This document shows positions 9,865 through 12,894 of a stretch of DNA of 12,894 nucleotides, in pieces (the stretch's first letter is position 1; every line of letters begins with the position of its first letter). This DNA comes from Octopus sinensis. Taxonomy: Eukaryota. The stretch is from contig NW_021826487.1 of the NCBI RefSeq assembly GCF_006345805.1, positions 1-12,894 on the forward strand. Reading direction: 5' to 3'. A program made the position numbers and the translations under genes. Below the pieces are notes generated by a model. That model worked only from the letters and a program-made list of their open reading frames with translations. It was not told the origin of the DNA and searched no databases.

Positions 9865-9964
9865 TATAATATATTATATATATATATATATAGATATATA
9901 TGTATATATATATTATATATATATATATATGTTGTTATATATATATATATGTATATATATATAT

Positions 9965-10014
<50 letters not shown>

Positions 10015-10057
10015 ATATTGTATATATATATATATATAGTATATATCTAATATATTG

Positions 10058-10108
<51 letters not shown>

Positions 10109-10109
10109 A

Positions 10110-10177
<68 letters not shown>

Positions 10178-10319
10178 GTATATATATATATGTATATTAT
10201 ATATGTATATATAATATATATATATGTATATTATATATATATATGTGTATATATATATGTATATATATATTATATATGTTATATATATATTATATAATAT
10301 CTATATAATGTATATATAT

Positions 10320-10376
<57 letters not shown>

Positions 10377-10526
10377 TATATGTATATAGATATATATATA
10401 TGTATATATATATGTATATAGATATATGTATATAGATATATGTATATATATATGTATATATATATGTATATATATATATATATCCTATATATATATATCC
10501 TATATATATATATATAGATATATATA
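9828..10526. repeat. Very long degenerate (TA)n tract (~700 bp)
   Basis: Direct reading; source of the YI-repeat ORFs. Confidence 0.97.
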
Positions 10527-10714
10527 GGGAGAGTTTACGAAAGAAACAAAAGACGAAGACAGGTGATGTATAAAAAAAACAGATGTTAGTATAACGCTCA
10601 GGAATAGAAAAAGTCTTTAACGGTTAGAGCCTACGCTCTTCTACGAAAGGGACACAGAAAAAACAAGGAGAGAAAAAAATGTGTGTAGTGGCTAACGATC
10701 AATCATGGCGACTA
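10527..10714 (-). mobile_element. Possible Penelope-like LTR relic with a decayed minimal hammerhead
   Basis: Unique island between (TA)n tracts; minus strand CTTT-CGTAGA-A-GAGC GTAG GCTC-TAACC-GTT-AAAG keeps helices I and II but has a mutated core. Confidence 0.35.
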
Positions 10715-10717
10715 ATA

Positions 10718-10776
<59 letters not shown>

Positions 10777-10778
<2 letters not shown>

Positions 10779-11341
10779 CATATAATTAAGGGCTAAAGAG
10801 GGTTATTCTAAAGCCAAATACACTGTTTTATCCACTTATAATCCGCTTGTTACAGGAAAATTGAAACTGAAAACGGGCAACTAACCTTTAGAAAATTTAA
10901 ATTTCGTTATCTCTATATTGAATCAATTTCGGACTTAATCTTATAAAAAAAGATATATTCCTTCTTCAGTAGAACTTTCGATGGGATATAAATAAAATAC
11001 TCACGTATGATCATGGAAAAGCACAAGCTAAAAACATAACTACACTTGAGTACATCACTTATATCTAAAAATAAAAATTCTTTGGTCAGCCTCAGAAAAC
11101 AACGTCCAGACCTTTCGCCGCTACAAATTGTAATGGTTACCAGTCCTCCTGTAGCAAGCATCGAGTTTACTACTAAGCAATATAGGATGAAGTCCCTTAC
11201 TCTACAGCAAAGGAATTCATCAGGAAGCGTGGGCAGTATATTTAAAAAAACCGTTACGGTTGCAATATACATCATATAATTAAGGGCTAAAGAGGGTTAT
11301 TCTAAAGCCAAATACACTGTTTTATCCACTATATTGCTTAG

Positions 11342-11343
<2 letters not shown>
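10777..11343 (-). mobile_element. Direct-repeat-bounded, hammerhead-containing element (Penelope pLTR-like or retrozyme-like)
   Basis: Perfect 60-bp direct repeats 10777-10836 and 11271-11330 (period 494), internal hammerhead, 15-bp inverted repeat 11171-11185/11329-11343, (TA)n on both flanks. Confidence 0.65.
10911..10974 (-). ncRNA. Type I hammerhead ribozyme (extra-A core variant, AUA cleavage triplet)
   Basis: Minus strand UUCUA (10974-10970), CUGAAGA (10969-10963), extra A, helix II GGA...UCC (10961-10931, inner AUCUU/AAGAU), GAA, helix III AUUGA-U-UCAAU, A^ (10916), UAGAG (10915-10911). Confidence 0.68.
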
Positions 11344-11382
<39 letters not shown>

Positions 11383-11396
11383 CATATGTATGTATA

Positions 11397-11682
11397 CGTG
11401 GTTTGATCAGTAAGTATACTGACTGTTGCCATAGCAACGAAGCTAAAGCATGCAAAGTGCAGTCGCTATGCACAGATTGACCTTGAACTGTGCTGTGCAT
11501 GCGCATTAAGTTTTAACGTTCTAGCTCACTTCCGCTGTTTACAGAAATTCTTGGAAGGAACGTGTGTAGCGTGTGGTCGTCACACTGACCATGATACAGT
11601 TGAGCAGAGAATCTGCATCAAATTTTGCCAAGAGCTTGGTGATACCTACTCAGAGGCCTACACAAACTTTTCAAAAGCTTTG
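11397..11682 (+). mobile_element. mariner-like transposon 5' end (TIR, UTR, transposase N-terminus), truncated
   Basis: TA|CGTGGTTTGATCAGTAAGTAT mariner-like terminus; frame starting 11599 reads VEQRICIKFCQELGDTYSEAYT, the typical mariner N-terminal HTH start (EQRxxIKFC), then a frameshift and stop. Confidence 0.78.
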
Positions 11683-11717
11683 TAATCGTTCTCAACACAA
11701 TCAAGGAGATGTTGAGC

Positions 11718-11980
11718 AAAGAGATCAAATTTTTGGTGCTCGTATGGCGTGCGCTAGCGTAACAAAAAACAGCTGAAATGTTTGGTGTATCAAGAAGTAC
11801 TGTCTCGAAAGTAATGACAGCCTTTGAGAAACAGGGGAAAAACCTCCTCATCGAAGCAAAACTCCGCAAGAAAACCAAAACTTTCAGATAGGGACGGTCG
11901 GACTCTTACGGGAGTTGTGAGAACGAATAAAAAAAGTATAGCTCCCAAAATTACAGCAGAGCTTAATGACCACCTCGAAC
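11718..11980 (+). pseudogene. Tc1-like transposase N-terminal (paired-like HTH) fragment, a different family from 1-940
   Basis: Across two frameshifts: RDQIFGARMACASVTK-TAEMFGVSRSTVSKVMTAFEKQG-KTSSSKQNSARKPKLSDRDGRTLTGVVRTNKKSIAPKITAELNDHLE. Confidence 0.82.
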
Positions 11981-12009
11981 CTAAAGACCGCTTACTCGAT
12001 GTGTTAACG

Positions 12010-12649
12010 ATTCTTTTCTACTCTAGGCACGAGGACGGAAATTTTGGAGGAGGGGGCCAGTCGATTAGATCGACCCCAGCACGCTACAGGTACTTAATTT
12101 ATCGACCCCGAAAGGATGAAAAGCAAAGTCAACCTCGGCAGAATTTGAACTCAGAACGTAAAGACAGACGAAATACCTATTTCTTTACTACCCACAAGGA
12201 GCTAAACACAGAGAGGACAAACAAGGACATACAAACTGATTAAGTCGATTATATCGACTGCAGTGCGTAACTGGTAGTTATTTAACCGACCCCGAAAGGA
12301 TGAAAGGCAAAATCGACCTCGGCGAAATTTGAACTCACAACGTAACGGCAGAGGAAATATCGCTAAGCATTTCGCCCGGCGTGCTAACGTTTCTGCCAGC
12401 TCGCCGCCTTCAACCGACAAAATACCTATTTCTTTATTACCCACAAGGGGCTAAACATAGAGGGGACAAACAAGGTCAGACATAGGTATTAAGTCGATTA
12501 CATCGACACCAGTGCGTAACTGGTATCTAATTTATCGACCCCGAAAGGATGAAAGGCAAAGTCGTCCTCGGCGGAATTTAAACTCAGAACGTAACGGCAG
12601 ACGAAATACCGCTAAGCATTTTGCCCGGCGTGCTATCGGTTCTGCCATC
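12010..12649 (-). mobile_element. Tandem cluster of three SINE family 1 units (a dimer plus an upstream unit truncated at the start of its second monomer)
   Basis: Units at 12427-12649 (head+body+tail B), 12178-12408 (full head GGCGGCGAGCTGGCAGAAACG+body+tail B) and 12010-12177 (half head with B box+body+tail A); each contains the reverse complement of CCTTTCATCCTTTCGGGGTCG or a near-identical variant. Confidence 0.87.
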
Positions 12650-12894
12650 TTAGAGGGATTAAAAAAATATTAAAATGAATAATGATTACCATGTCTTTCC
12701 GTGTGGCATTACATATTTACGGGATACAACACGACCCATTTTGGATATCTCTGAAGTGGATGGTCTTGTCATTGTCCAATCGCTGTAACATTGGGAGATA
12801 TACAGTTTAAAATGATATTATAGAGTGATACAGTTGCAAATAATTCATCGAGGCTATCACAGTTGAAGATAATCCATATCAATGATACATTTTC

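Noticed and set aside
1103-10421. Numerous YI/YV/CV/LSIY-repeat ORFs in the track (e.g. 1103-1576, 8340-8945, 9712-10421)
   Set aside because: Translations of stop-poor microsatellites, not genes.
11110-11223. Minus-strand CTGATGA (11223-11217) with a distant GAAAG-GTC
   Set aside because: No GAAA follows the adjacent stem, and helices I and III cannot be formed with the distant GAAA.
11824-12243. 139-aa ORF as a real protein
   Set aside because: Chance read-through from the Tc1 fragment into antisense SINE sequence.
12010-12649. Three spaced repeats as a CRISPR-like array
   Set aside because: The units are long, diverged SINE bodies with Pol III boxes, not short identical repeats with unique spacers; no cas genes are present.

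Overview
AT-rich eukaryotic non-coding window with no intact host gene. The SINE families and microsatellite load resemble octopus/cephalopod DNA, an attribution from memory that was not verified. It holds many decayed mobile elements: a Tc1 (DD34E) element with an IR/DR-type right end (1-1205), a Helitron Pif1-helicase remnant with an intact 3' hairpin+CTAG end (2478-3815, minus), a mariner 5' end followed by a second Tc1 fragment (11397-11980), two tRNA-derived SINE families, palindromic MITE-like elements, and long TA/GT/TCTA microsatellites that generate most of the spurious ORFs. The ORF track misses a set of type I hammerhead ribozyme motifs, all on the minus strand. One is canonical with a 76-nt helix II (1788-1896). 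A second (10911-10974) lies inside a 494-nt unit bounded by perfect 60-bp direct repeats, and its predicted cleavage site falls exactly between the last codon and the stop of a 120-aa ORF. A third is decayed (10615-10649). The two intact-looking ribozyme elements share a TATTGCTTAGTA motif abutting (TA)n. Together they suggest Penelope-like/retrozyme-type elements, possibly circRNA-forming.
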